This document shows, in pieces, positions 1 through 9,029 of a DNA stretch of 64,000 bases. The translations under genes and the position numbers were made by a program. The stretch spans positions 2,062,760 through 2,126,759 of the forward strand of contig CAVXLU010000005.1 in the NCBI GenBank assembly GCA_963762655.1, in the 5' to 3' direction. Each line of letters opens with the position of its first letter. Position 1 is the first letter of the stretch. This DNA comes from an uncultured Chitinophagaceae bacterium. Its GTDB lineage: Bacteria; Bacteroidota; Bacteroidia; Chitinophagales; Chitinophagaceae. Under the pieces are notes generated by a model. It saw only the letters and a list, made by a program, of their open reading frames with translations. It was not told the origin of the DNA and did no database searches.

Positions 1-667
1 AATACCGGACGGCCTGGACGGCGTCTGAACATTCGGTGTAAAATGACCTGAAAATCAGCGACCCACCTATGATTAGAATGAAAACGTATTTCAGCTTGCG
101 CAAGGGAAGGATCCAGAAGATCAGGGGCCAGGTGAGATAGAACTGTTCCTCTACACAAACAGACCAAAGTACGGGCAGCACCACCCCATTGGGACGGACA
201 GGAACCATGTTGATGTAGTCGAAATTCGCTGCGAAAGCCAGGTAATATCTATAGTCGGCTGGCTCGAACGTGGGTTCGCCAGAAAGAATCTTTGACAGGG
301 GATGCAACACAAAACCAATCAACACTGCCAGGTAAAACAGGGGCCAGATCCTGAAGATCCTTCTTAAGTAGAAGTTTCCCACATGCACTTGTCCCATCAC
401 TTCCTTTTCTTTTACCAGCAGGTAGGTAATCAGGAATCCACTCAGTACAAAGAAGAAGTTCACACCCAGGTAGCCGTTCTGAAACAGGAATTTCAGGGTA
501 TTATATGCTGCCGGTTGGGCATCTTTCAGATGAATATAAAAGGAAAGATAACAGTGGTAAAGAAAAACAACAAAGAATGAAATAAACCTTAATCCATTCA
601 GGTTGGGAAAGAAGATCTTATTCTGTTTGAGGGGTTGAGGTTGCTCCATACCGGGTGAAAAATTCAT
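1..667 (-). CDS. acyltransferase family 3 membrane protein (N-terminal part; runs off the left window edge)
   Basis: Absent from the ORF track because no stop lies inside the window. Hand translation of the minus strand from the ATG at 667 gives MNFSPGMEQPQPLKQNKIFFPNLNGLRFISFFVVFLYHCY...NGYLGVNFFFVLSGFLITYLL. This contains the LNGLR / FFVLSGFLIT signature and the multi-TM hydrophobicity typical of acyltransferase_3 proteins. Confidence 0.7.
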   Translation of the reverse strand, partial: MNFSPGMEQPQPLKQNKIFFPNLNGLRFISFFVVFLYHCYLSFYIHLKDAQPAAYNTLKFLFQNGYLGVNFFFVLSGFLITYLLVKEKEVMGQVHVGNFYLRRIFRIWPLFYLAVLIGFVLHPLSKILSGEPTFEPADYRYYLAFAANFDYINMVPVRPNGVVLPVLWSVCVEEQFYLTWPLIFWILPLRKLKYVFILIIGGSLIFRSFYTECSDAVQAVRY

Positions 668-783
668 AAAGATAAATAGAAATCTCGCCTTTCAAAGTAT
701 TGAGCGAACTGATTTTCAGCGCTTCATGAAATTAATAAACCGTAATGACAGTCAGGGAAAGTATACACGCAACCGGGATCGGC

Positions 784-1986
784 TTAAATTTTCGCGATCC
801 TGAACGACTGACGAAAGTCTCCATTCGGGCCGTTTACGGTGATGACCAGGCTGCCTGATGGAAGGTTTCCATTCAGGTCGATCCTGAGTTCCTGAGTTCC
901 TGCGACAACCTTAATGGAGGCAGCCTTCAGGATCCTGCCATCGAGACCGCTAACCTGGTAAGTGTAAGTTCCGGCGCTTGCATTGTTCAGGGTAATGTTG
1001 GTATAGGAAGATGCAGGATTTGGATAAGATTTGATTTGGCCCGCTGCCAGATTTCCGACCACTTTAACGATGGCAGAATAAACAACCTTTGCATCCTTGT
1101 CAATGGTTTTCAGGCGATAGTAGGATGCTCCTTTCAGGGGTGCAATGTCGTTTGTGTGATATACTGCACTGCCGTTGATCGGATTCTTTCCGCGTACGGT
1201 TTCGATTTTTGTGAATGAGGCACCTGATGACCTTTCTATTTCATAGGCGATCACATTGTATTCTTTTGTCACCGACCAGTCAATGTACACAATATCATTC
1301 TTCATGATTGCTGTAAAGACGTTCAACTTAGACGGCAGTGTGGCAGAACTGGCGAAAACAGAGATGGTCATGTTACTCAGTACAGGTATATTAAGACCTG
1401 TAGCGTCCATTGCATCACCTACTACAGGGTTTCCTGAGCCCGTCCAGTAAAGGCCGCTATTTGGAACACCGGTATAAGTGTATACGGTAGCTCCATCAAC
1501 GAGCACCGTGGCAATACCAACAATGCTGTCGTAGCGAAAACGGTATTCATGAAAAAGATGGTCGTTGGGAATTACGTGAATGTTCCCTGAATTGATTGTG
1601 GTCACTGCTGCGGTAACATTATTGGTATAGGTAAACTTCGCCGTGAGATTGCCATTGTTCATCATGAATTCGAATATCGAACCCCTCCTGAAAAAACTCG
1701 CTGTGGATTCTTCCCTGCGGAAGTACAGATCAATGTCGATTGAAGGAACACTAAGTCCCGCACCATTCAGTACCAGGTTAACATCTGCCTTGGGAAGTCC
1801 GGGATTAAGCCCAAAATTAAGCGGGGCGGCTATTGCACCGGATATGGCGGAACTACTGGCTGAAATTGCATCGGGGCCTACTACTGCCTTGGTAACAGGA
1901 TTGACGTCCCAGTTGAATTTATTGAGGATCTGCGCCTGTGAATAGAGGCAGATGATGGTGAGGATTAGAAGGAAAAGAGGTTTCAT
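784..1986 (-). CDS. secreted protein with T9SS C-terminal sorting domain (LamG/jelly-roll-like N-terminal half)
   Basis: 400-aa ORF with signal peptide MKPLFLLILTIICLYSQAQ. The C-terminal ~80 aa (KSYPNPASSYTNITL...LVITVNGPNG...FRIAKI) resemble a type-A Por/T9SS sorting domain. The N-terminal fold assignment rests on composition only. Confidence 0.7.
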   Translation of the reverse strand: MKPLFLLILTIICLYSQAQILNKFNWDVNPVTKAVVGPDAISASSSAISGAIAAPLNFGLNPGLPKADVNLVLNGAGLSVPSIDIDLYFRREESTASFFRRGSIFEFMMNNGNLTAKFTYTNNVTAAVTTINSGNIHVIPNDHLFHEYRFRYDSIVGIATVLVDGATVYTYTGVPNSGLYWTGSGNPVVGDAMDATGLNIPVLSNMTISVFASSATLPSKLNVFTAIMKNDIVYIDWSVTKEYNVIAYEIERSSGASFTKIETVRGKNPINGSAVYHTNDIAPLKGASYYRLKTIDKDAKVVYSAIVKVVGNLAAGQIKSYPNPASSYTNITLNNASAGTYTYQVSGLDGRILKAASIKVVAGTQELRIDLNGNLPSGSLVITVNGPNGDFRQSFRIAKI

Positions 1987-2034
1987 TTGTTAGGATATTG
2001 ATATCAACCAGTATCCAAGGAAGTGCCGCATTAC

Positions 2035-2042
2035 AAAGCTAT
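2035..2042 (-). promoter_or_regulatory. candidate Bacteroidota -7 promoter element (TAGCTTTG = TAnnTTTG) for the T9SS-substrate gene
   Basis: Plus strand reads CAAAGCTA, 49 nt upstream of the ATG at 1986. This is a motif match only. Confidence 0.3.
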
Positions 2043-2126
2043 AAGTATCAATTTCTTACACATATACTAATTTTGCAAAATCTCCATAAAGGAGACAACT
2101 TTCCGGTTTTGGGACCATTAATTGTG

Positions 2127-4274
2127 TTAACCGTGTTTTTCGGGATGCTTAATCTTGGGGATCGGATGTTGGAACAATACGATCGACCGGCCGGCTACGG
2201 TTACTACCTGCCCCGGCAGAAATGGGGGACCCTCAGGTTCAAATACAGGCGATTCGGTGTTGATACAGAGGATCCATTTGTTGCCATATTTTTCTGACGG
2301 AAGGGTGTAGTTTAAGGATTCATAATGTGAGTTGAAGATCAGGTAGAAACTGTCGTCGATGGTCCTTTCGCCCTGGGGTCCTGTGGTCCGTATGCCCAGG
2401 CCATTAAGAAATACGCCAAGCGATTTAGCATAATCGTGGTTCCAGTTCTCTTCAGGCATTTCATTGCCATCGGGCAGGAACCAGGAAATATCTTCTACCC
2501 CCTGCCCCCTGATTGGCTGACCGCGGAACCAAAGTCTTCGCCTGAAATTTGGATGTGCTCTGCGGAAGTGTATGAGACGTGAGCTGAATTCGATCAATTC
2601 CCGGTCGGCATCCACCCAGTTGACCCATGACAACTCATTGTCCTGGCAGTAGGCATTGTTATTACCCTGTTGAGTGCGACCGAGTTCGTCACCAGCAAGT
2701 AACATCGGCACACCCTGGGAGAGGAACAAGGTGACCAGGAAGTTTCTTTGCTGCTTTTTTCGGAGTGCTATGATCTCCGGATCGTCAGTAGGCCCTTCGA
2801 CTCCACAATTCCAGGACCGGTTATGTGCCTCCCCATCAGCGTTGTTTTCACCATTGGCCGAGTTGTGCTTCTCATTGTAGGAAACCAGGTCATAAAGGGG
2901 GAACCCATCATGCGCGGTTACAAAGTTGATGCTTGCAGTGGGCCTGCGGTAGTCTGCCCGATAAAGGTCCGAACTTCCGGTTATCCTCTCTGCAAACTCG
3001 CCCAATACACTTTCGGCTCCCCGCCAATAATCCCTGATGCAGTCGCGGTATTTGCCATTCCATTCGGCCCAGCCCAATGGAAATTTCCCCACCTGGTATC
3101 CACCTTCGCCGATATCCCACGGCTCGGCGATCAGCTTGACCTGGGAGATCAGAGGATCCTGGTGGATGATATCAAAAAAAGCACTCAACCGGTCTACCGC
3201 GTGAAGTTCGCGGGCCAGTGTGGCCGCAAGGTCAAAGCGGAATCCATCCACCTGCATTTCTACTATCCAGTACCGGAGGCTGTCCATAATCAACCTCAAC
3301 ACTGATGGCAGGCGTGCATTTAAGGTATTGCCCGTTCCGGTGTAATCCTGATAATACTGGCGATCTTCGGTAAGGCGGTAGTAAGAATGGTTGTCTATCC
3401 CTTTGAAGGAGAGGGTTGGGCCGTTGTGATTGCCTTCCCCGGTATGGTTGTACACCACATCAAGGATTACTTCGATCCCGGCTTTGTGTAGCTCCCTGAC
3501 CATGGTTTTGAATTCAGTCACCTGTTCCCCGAGCACGCCGGTACTGGCATAGCGTGCATCCGGCGCAAAAAAACCTACTGAATTATATCCCCAATAATTT
3601 TTCAGACCCTTGTCAAACAGCGTCCGGTCGCTCACAAACTGGTGAATGGGCATCAATTCTACTGCGGTAATGCCGAGATTCTTGAGGTAGCTGATGGTGA
3701 CGGGATGCCCGATGGAGGCGTAGGTGCCACGAATCTCTTCGGGAATTTCCGGGTGAAGCTTGGTGAAACCCTTGACATGCATTTCATAAATAACGGTTTT
3801 ATGGTAGGGTATATCGGGTTTGGGCGTATGCTCCCAGTTGAAGGAGTCATCCACAACCACCGACTTGGGGATATAGGGAGCGCTGTTAATTTCACTATAA
3901 CTCAGATGGGCATCGTGGTGTCCCATTTCAAAGCCCCAGAGCGCATCATGCCAGTCGATGGTGCCCCCGATCGCCTTCGCATATGGATCGATCAGTAATT
4001 TATTCGGATTGAAGAGATGACCATTTGCCGGGTCCCAGGGACCATGGACTCGGTATCCATACAGCTGGCCAGGCTTGAGCCCAGGCACATACACATGCCA
4101 CACGTGGTGTGACACTTCCCTGATGCGGATATTTTCTGATTCCGCCGCAGACTGCGGCGAGTCAAACAAACAAAGCTCAACCGCCGTGGCATTTTCGGAA
4201 AACACTGAAAAGTTCACACCTTTATGATCACATGTAGCCCCTAATGGAAATGCCTTGCCCGGAAATACCTTCAT
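2127..4274 (-). CDS. glgX: glycogen debranching enzyme GlgX (GH13)
   Basis: ORF 2127..4310. The likely true start is the ATG at 4274 (MKVFPGKAFPLGATCDHKGVNFSVFSENA..., the typical GlgX N-terminus). GH13 catalytic motifs are present: DVVYNHT, GFRFDLA, EPWD, FVTAHDGF. Confidence 0.9.
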   Translation of the reverse strand: MKVFPGKAFPLGATCDHKGVNFSVFSENATAVELCLFDSPQSAAESENIRIREVSHHVWHVYVPGLKPGQLYGYRVHGPWDPANGHLFNPNKLLIDPYAKAIGGTIDWHDALWGFEMGHHDAHLSYSEINSAPYIPKSVVVDDSFNWEHTPKPDIPYHKTVIYEMHVKGFTKLHPEIPEEIRGTYASIGHPVTISYLKNLGITAVELMPIHQFVSDRTLFDKGLKNYWGYNSVGFFAPDARYASTGVLGEQVTEFKTMVRELHKAGIEVILDVVYNHTGEGNHNGPTLSFKGIDNHSYYRLTEDRQYYQDYTGTGNTLNARLPSVLRLIMDSLRYWIVEMQVDGFRFDLAATLARELHAVDRLSAFFDIIHQDPLISQVKLIAEPWDIGEGGYQVGKFPLGWAEWNGKYRDCIRDYWRGAESVLGEFAERITGSSDLYRADYRRPTASINFVTAHDGFPLYDLVSYNEKHNSANGENNADGEAHNRSWNCGVEGPTDDPEIIALRKKQQRNFLVTLFLSQGVPMLLAGDELGRTQQGNNNAYCQDNELSWVNWVDADRELIEFSSRLIHFRRAHPNFRRRLWFRGQPIRGQGVEDISWFLPDGNEMPEENWNHDYAKSLGVFLNGLGIRTTGPQGERTIDDSFYLIFNSHYESLNYTLPSEKYGNKWILCINTESPVFEPEGPPFLPGQVVTVAGRSIVLFQHPIPKIKHPEKHG

Positions 4275-4349
4275 AGTCTTGGTTGTGTGTAAGCGGTCGG
4301 CAAATATCAAACCCGTTGAGCTTACAAGAAAATGTTTCTCAACTCTGCC

Positions 4350-4357
4350 TAATTTTG
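4350..4357 (+). promoter_or_regulatory. candidate -7 promoter element TAATTTTG upstream of the ECF sigma gene
   Basis: Exact TAnnTTTG match 18 nt upstream of the GTG start at 4375. Confidence 0.3.
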
Positions 4358-4374
4358 CAGTTTAAACTACTTCT

Positions 4375-5238
4375 GTGGAAGAATATCGCCGTTTATTGAC
4401 AACCTATGCTTATAATATCCTGGGCAGCGTTGACGACGCGATGGACGCGGTTCAGGATACCTATCTGAAGTTTTCACGCCTTGACCAGGGAAAAATAGCT
4501 GATCCGAAAGCCTACCTGGTGCGAATGGTGATCAATACATCTATTGATCATAAACAAAACAAACTACGCACACAACAGGATTATCATGGCAGCTGGCTGC
4601 CCGAGCCGGTAGCAGCTGAAACTGCAGACGCCGTCGTCAACAGCAAGGATCTACTTGGATACAGCCTTATGGTACTATTGGAAAAACTTAATCCGCGCCA
4701 GCGAGCCGTATTCATACTTAAGGAGGCATTCAATTACACCCACCAGGAAATCGCCGATGCATTATCTATCTCCCAGGACAATTCCAGGACAATGCTCACG
4801 CGTGCGAAAGACCTGCTGAAAAAAGAAACCATTACCAGCCAGCCCGGGTATGAGAATGACCTCTTGCTGAACTATGTTGAACTGATCAGAAAAGGAGAAA
4901 CTGAAAGACTTGAAAGACTGCTCAATGAAGAGATCATGCTGATCAGCGACGGAGGGGGCAAGGCTACGGCAGCTAAAAACCCCTTGCTGGGCAGACAGGT
5001 GGTAATGGCTTTTCTCGGGGGCATCCACAAGAAATTTTACACGGATACACAAATTCATTTTACTACTCTAAACCATCAGCCGGCTTTCCTGTATTACAAC
5101 AAAAATGGGGGGTTGGCCAATTGCCAAATACTCTCCATGGGTAATGACCAGATCATAAGAATATTCATCATAAGAAATCCTGAAAAATTACGCCGCCTTC
5201 AGAAAACTTTTCATACACTGTCACATCCACATGCCTGA
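4375..5238 (+). CDS. ECF sigma factor with fused C-terminal SnoaL-like extension (ECF41 / SigJ-like)
   Basis: 287 aa. Sigma-70 region 2 (AYNILGSVDDAMDAVQDTYLKF) and region 4 (RQRAVFILKEAFNYTHQEIADALSISQDNSRTMLTRA) are followed by a ~100-aa extension. No anti-sigma gene is adjacent, and a CMD-family gene lies directly downstream. Confidence 0.85.
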   Translation: MEEYRRLLTTYAYNILGSVDDAMDAVQDTYLKFSRLDQGKIADPKAYLVRMVINTSIDHKQNKLRTQQDYHGSWLPEPVAAETADAVVNSKDLLGYSLMVLLEKLNPRQRAVFILKEAFNYTHQEIADALSISQDNSRTMLTRAKDLLKKETITSQPGYENDLLLNYVELIRKGETERLERLLNEEIMLISDGGGKATAAKNPLLGRQVVMAFLGGIHKKFYTDTQIHFTTLNHQPAFLYYNKNGGLANCQILSMGNDQIIRIFIIRNPEKLRRLQKTFHTLSHPHA

Positions 5239-5245
5239 TCCAGTC
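5219..5245 (+). promoter_or_regulatory. candidate ECF41-type promoter (TGTCACA-N16-AGTC) in front of the CMD gene
   Basis: TGTCACA at 5219-5225, a 16-nt spacer, then AGTC at 5242-5245, 20 nt before the ATG at 5266. As I recall it, the published ECF41 target motif is TGTCACA-n16-CGTC, so this is one mismatch in the -10 element. Confidence 0.45.
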
Positions 5246-5265
5246 TTTAAATAAACGAAAATTGT

Positions 5266-5733
5266 ATGGAAAGGATTTCACAAAGCGAATTACCAGAGGG
5301 TATGTTTGAGGTAGTAATGGCAGTACAAAATTATGTTAACACATCCGGTATCGACAAGAAGCTTGAGGAGTTGATGAAAATGCGGGTATCACTGATCAAT
5401 GGCTGCGCTTATTGCATTGACATGCATTTCAAACTTGGGCTGCATTATGGTGAATCGGCACTTAGGATAACCTCAGTTTCGGTATGGAGAGAAGTGCCCT
5501 ATTATTCTGAAAAAGAAAAAGCTGTATTTGAATATGCGGAGGTATTAACCCGGATGCCCGAAAACACCGGTATTGAACAACTGCATGAAAAACTTTCGGC
5601 ATTCTTCTCTAAATCTGAAATTGCCCAGCTTGCGCTGTCGATCGCACAAATCAATACCTGGAACAGGTTGATGTGCGCATTTGGCCGAACACCCGGAAAC
5701 TTCCAGGTGGCCACTTATCGCGCCGCCAGTTGA
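5266..5733 (+). CDS. carboxymuconolactone decarboxylase family protein (AhpD-like)
   Basis: 155 aa with the CxxC-type motif NGCAYCIDMH characteristic of the CMD/AhpD fold. Confidence 0.85.
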   Translation: MERISQSELPEGMFEVVMAVQNYVNTSGIDKKLEELMKMRVSLINGCAYCIDMHFKLGLHYGESALRITSVSVWREVPYYSEKEKAVFEYAEVLTRMPENTGIEQLHEKLSAFFSKSEIAQLALSIAQINTWNRLMCAFGRTPGNFQVATYRAAS

Positions 5734-5748
5734 CGAAATCAGGATGGC

Positions 5749-5769
5749 AAACTACGCGTAGTTTTTTTT
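5749..5769 (+). terminator. weak intrinsic terminator after the CMD gene
   Basis: AAACTACG/CGTAGTTT palindrome followed by a T8 run (5762-5769). The stem is AT-rich. Confidence 0.4.
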
Positions 5770-5799
5770 GCTTAACTTTTCCTCAAAGGAAATAAGCTT

Positions 5800-7770
5800 A
5801 TGCGATTCATTGCCATCCTGTTTGTATTTACCAGTATTTGCGCCGCCGCTACCGCCCAACGAAGAATCATCGTTCCTTCTCCTGACGGCAACCTGAAGTA
5901 TTCACTTGATCTAAAGAAGAAAACGATAGTTTATTCGGTTTCCTACAGGGGAAAAAAGATCATCAATGAATCATCCTTGAGCCTTGACTTTGCCAATGGC
6001 ACCTTCGGAAATGAAGTGACCTCCGGAAAGCCCACTACCCGCGTAGTCGATGAGAATTACTCTCTGACGGTGGGCAAGGCGAAATTGGTGAGGGATCATT
6101 GCACCGAGACCCTGATTCCTCTGAAAGAAACAAAAGGGCTAAAAAGGCAGTTGAATCTTGTAGTAAGAGTGTATGATGAAGGTGTGGCCTTCAGATATGA
6201 GATACCTGCGGCCGAAAACTGGAAATCATATGTGCTGAATGACGAGTTCTCCACATTTAACATTGCCGGTGATCCCGAAGTAAAGGCATTGTACAGAGAA
6301 AACTATAATACCAGCCACGAAGGCTACTACGAGAATGACAAGCTTTCAAAAATTCCCGAAGACACACTGATCGATCTACCTGTCTTAATTCAGTTTCCTG
6401 ATAAAATATACATGTCGGTGACGGAAGCGTGTCTGAGGAATTATGCAGGCATGTACCTGAAAAAAAGAAACGGAATACTAACCTCGCAGTTATCTCCCTG
6501 GCAGGGACAAACGAAAATTAAGGTGAAGGCGGAACTGCCTCACAAAACACCCTGGCGGGTGATGCTGATCAGCAACAGGGTAGGTGCCTTGATCGAATCC
6601 AATATCATCACCAGTTTGAACGAACCTACCAAAATCAGTGATCTGTCCTGGATACACCCTGGAAAAACTTCGTTTTACTGGTGGAATGGTGATATAGCGC
6701 CGGATACCAGTTTCGAGCCCGGGAACAATTATGAATTCAACAAGTATTACATCGACTTTTCCGCCAGGAATGGGCTGGCCTATAGTTCGGTGATCGGGTA
6801 TGCTGGCCATCCCTGGTATCAGAACGACGGAGGGCAGAGTTATCAGCCAGGTCCTGGCACGGACATTACCAAAGTGGCTCTGGGCCTGGACATGGACAGG
6901 CTGACGGACTATGCTAAATCCAAAGGAGTGGGGATCCATCTCTGGGTTCATTGGAAAGCTTTATACCCTAAACTGGAAGAAGCGTTCACAAAGTTTGAAA
7001 AATGGGGTGTCAAAGGAATGATGGTCGATTTCATGGATCGCGACGACCAGGAAATGGTAATGATCCAGGAGAATATACTCAAGGCGGCGGCAGATCATAA
7101 ATTATACATTCAGTTTCACGGGGCGTATAAACCGACGGGGCTGCATCGAACTTACCCTAATGAGTTCACCCGCGAAGGAACCTACAACTACGAGAACGAT
7201 AAGTGGAATGAGAAAGCCGTAAGTCCGGATCATGACCTGGACATCGTTTTCACACGAATGATTGCGGGCGCAACGGATTATCATCTTGGCGGATTTCGCG
7301 CGGTGCCGCCGGAGCAGTTCAAACCACGGATTACCAGACCTCTGGTGATCGGCACGCGCTGCCATATGCTGGCCATGTATGTGGTGCTGGAAAGTTATTT
7401 ACAAAGTCTCTGTGATTATCCCGATGCCTACGAGGGGCAGCCCGGCTTCAGCTTTCTCAAAAAAGTGCCGACAACATGGGATGAAACCAGAGTGCTTGAT
7501 GCGGAGGTATCAAAATACATCGTCGTTGCGAGAAGAAAAAACCTGGACTGGTATATCGGCGCAATTAATAACAGTGAAGCCAGAGATATTACCATCGACT
7601 TGTCTGCATTAACAGACAGCAGTTACCATGGTATGATTTACAAGGATTCGACGGATGCCGAAAAAATGCCCAACCACCTCCGGGAGGAATCCTTCGTAGT
7701 TAAGCCAGGTCAGCAGCAGACCATCCATCTCGCCGCTGGTGGGGGTGCGGTTATTGTGTTGAAGAAATGA
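5800..7770 (+). CDS. glycoside hydrolase family 97 (alpha-glucosidase/alpha-galactosidase-like)
   Basis: 656 aa with a signal peptide. The N-terminus SPDGNLKYSLDLKKKTIVYSVSYRGKKII and the overall length and organisation resemble SusB-type GH97 enzymes. Confidence 0.75.
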   Translation: MRFIAILFVFTSICAAATAQRRIIVPSPDGNLKYSLDLKKKTIVYSVSYRGKKIINESSLSLDFANGTFGNEVTSGKPTTRVVDENYSLTVGKAKLVRDHCTETLIPLKETKGLKRQLNLVVRVYDEGVAFRYEIPAAENWKSYVLNDEFSTFNIAGDPEVKALYRENYNTSHEGYYENDKLSKIPEDTLIDLPVLIQFPDKIYMSVTEACLRNYAGMYLKKRNGILTSQLSPWQGQTKIKVKAELPHKTPWRVMLISNRVGALIESNIITSLNEPTKISDLSWIHPGKTSFYWWNGDIAPDTSFEPGNNYEFNKYYIDFSARNGLAYSSVIGYAGHPWYQNDGGQSYQPGPGTDITKVALGLDMDRLTDYAKSKGVGIHLWVHWKALYPKLEEAFTKFEKWGVKGMMVDFMDRDDQEMVMIQENILKAAADHKLYIQFHGAYKPTGLHRTYPNEFTREGTYNYENDKWNEKAVSPDHDLDIVFTRMIAGATDYHLGGFRAVPPEQFKPRITRPLVIGTRCHMLAMYVVLESYLQSLCDYPDAYEGQPGFSFLKKVPTTWDETRVLDAEVSKYIVVARRKNLDWYIGAINNSEARDITIDLSALTDSSYHGMIYKDSTDAEKMPNHLREESFVVKPGQQQTIHLAAGGGAVIVLKK

Positions 7771-7773
7771 GAT

Positions 7774-8012
7774 AGAGGCGGAAACAGGAGCAGGAAGAGG
7801 TAGAAACAGAAACAGGAACAGGAACAGGAAGAGATGGGAGGGACGTAACTATGAAAATCTCGCTCTCTTCCCCACTCTTACAAACGGCGACCTCGCACTC
7901 GTTCTCTTCCTCTTTCTACCTCTTCCTGTTCCTTCCTGCTTCCTGTTTCCGCCTCTGTTCCTGTTCCTGTTTCTGTTCCTGTTTCTCTTTCTATCTTTCT
8001 CTTTCTACTTCT
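7774..8012. repeat. purine-arm / pyrimidine-arm interleaved inverted repeat (element A) between convergent genes
   Basis: Block X (7774-7806, AGAGGCGGAAACAGGAGCAGGAAGAGGTAGAAA) is complementary to 7913-7956, which carries a 10-12-nt insertion. Block Y (7807-7833, (AACAGG)n-like) is complementary to 7957-7985. TTTCTCTTTCTA occurs twice (7982-7993 and 7996-8007). Confidence 0.8.
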
Positions 8013-8887
8013 TCCGTAGCGGTCCGCACTTCAACAGAATATCCATGGGCGGAGCCATTGATAAAATTGATCAGGTCGAAGTTCAACTGTTTGCGGTGTG
8101 TGTAGTAAAGTCCATGTGGTGCACCATCATAAACCAGGTACTGACTGCCCGGGATCAGCGAAACGGTACGGTCACTGCTGGCTTTGATAGGCACGGTTTT
8201 ATCGGCGGAACCATGAATAATCAGCGTCGGCACCTTGATGGCTTTCAAATCATTGCGAAAATCAGTTCGTGCAAAAGAACTTGCGCATTGCATTGTTGAC
8301 CTGGCGGTTGCCATTGAAGCCAACATCCGGTTGTATTCAAGAAAAGGCGTACTAACGGGGTGTGAAATAATGTTTACGCCAAAAAACTGTTTTCCAAAGC
8401 TGTCAAGGAAGTCAATTCTGTCATCTTTCATCTGCTCCATCATCTCTTTGAAAACAGACTCGTCTACCCCTTCCGGATTGTCACGGGTCTTAAGAAGATA
8501 AGGCAGAACCGTACTGATCAGTACAACGCGGGCCACCCTTTTGTCTCCATATTGATTCAAATACCTCGCGACCTCACCTCCTCCCATTGAAAAACCAATG
8601 AGGGTTGCCTCGGTAAGGTTAAGCCCTTCCATCAGCGCATGAAGATCGGCGGCCAGGGAATCGTAGTCGTATCCATCCCAGGGCTTGGATGAATTGCCAA
8701 AACCCCTGCGATCATACTTTATTACCCTCGAGCCATTTTCGATCAGGTCATTCAGCTGATACTCCCACATCTCCCTGCTCAGGGGCCATCCGTGGATCAG
8801 CACAACGGGTTTGCCCTTTCCATAGTCGGAATATGCCAGCTTGATCTCCTCGCCGGTTTTAGTGTCTGTTGTCGTCAGAAAATGCAT
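7991..8887 (-). CDS. alpha/beta hydrolase (non-haem haloperoxidase / arylesterase-like)
   Basis: 298 aa with HGWPLS, the nucleophile elbow GFSMGG, and C-terminal HG. The last ~20 aa (..SVEVRTATEEVERER) are encoded inside repeat element A. Confidence 0.85.
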   Translation of the reverse strand: MHFLTTTDTKTGEEIKLAYSDYGKGKPVVLIHGWPLSREMWEYQLNDLIENGSRVIKYDRRGFGNSSKPWDGYDYDSLAADLHALMEGLNLTEATLIGFSMGGGEVARYLNQYGDKRVARVVLISTVLPYLLKTRDNPEGVDESVFKEMMEQMKDDRIDFLDSFGKQFFGVNIISHPVSTPFLEYNRMLASMATARSTMQCASSFARTDFRNDLKAIKVPTLIIHGSADKTVPIKASSDRTVSLIPGSQYLVYDGAPHGLYYTHRKQLNFDLINFINGSAHGYSVEVRTATEEVERER

Positions 8888-9029
8888 ATGCTCAATTTAA
8901 TTTGTGAATTATTCAGCTCTTACAGGATTTGTTTCAAGAATTACACCAGCAAGTGCCCGCCAGGTACCTGGAGCCGAAACCGTACAAAATTTCATGTGAG
9001 CAAAATCCTTCCCAGATTCGGCCACCAAT

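Noticed and set aside
2068-2075. Plus-strand TAATTTTG promoter-like motif pointing into the 3' end of glgX.
   Set aside because: No plus-strand gene or structured element follows it. Isolated TAnnTTTG matches are expected by chance in AT-rich spacers.
7851-8105. 84-aa plus-strand ORF (MKISLSSPLLQTATSHSFSSSFYLFLFLPASCF...).
   Set aside because: It is simply the translation of the pyrimidine arm of repeat element A (Ser/Phe/Leu/Cys runs), and it overlaps the hydrolase 3' end on the other strand.
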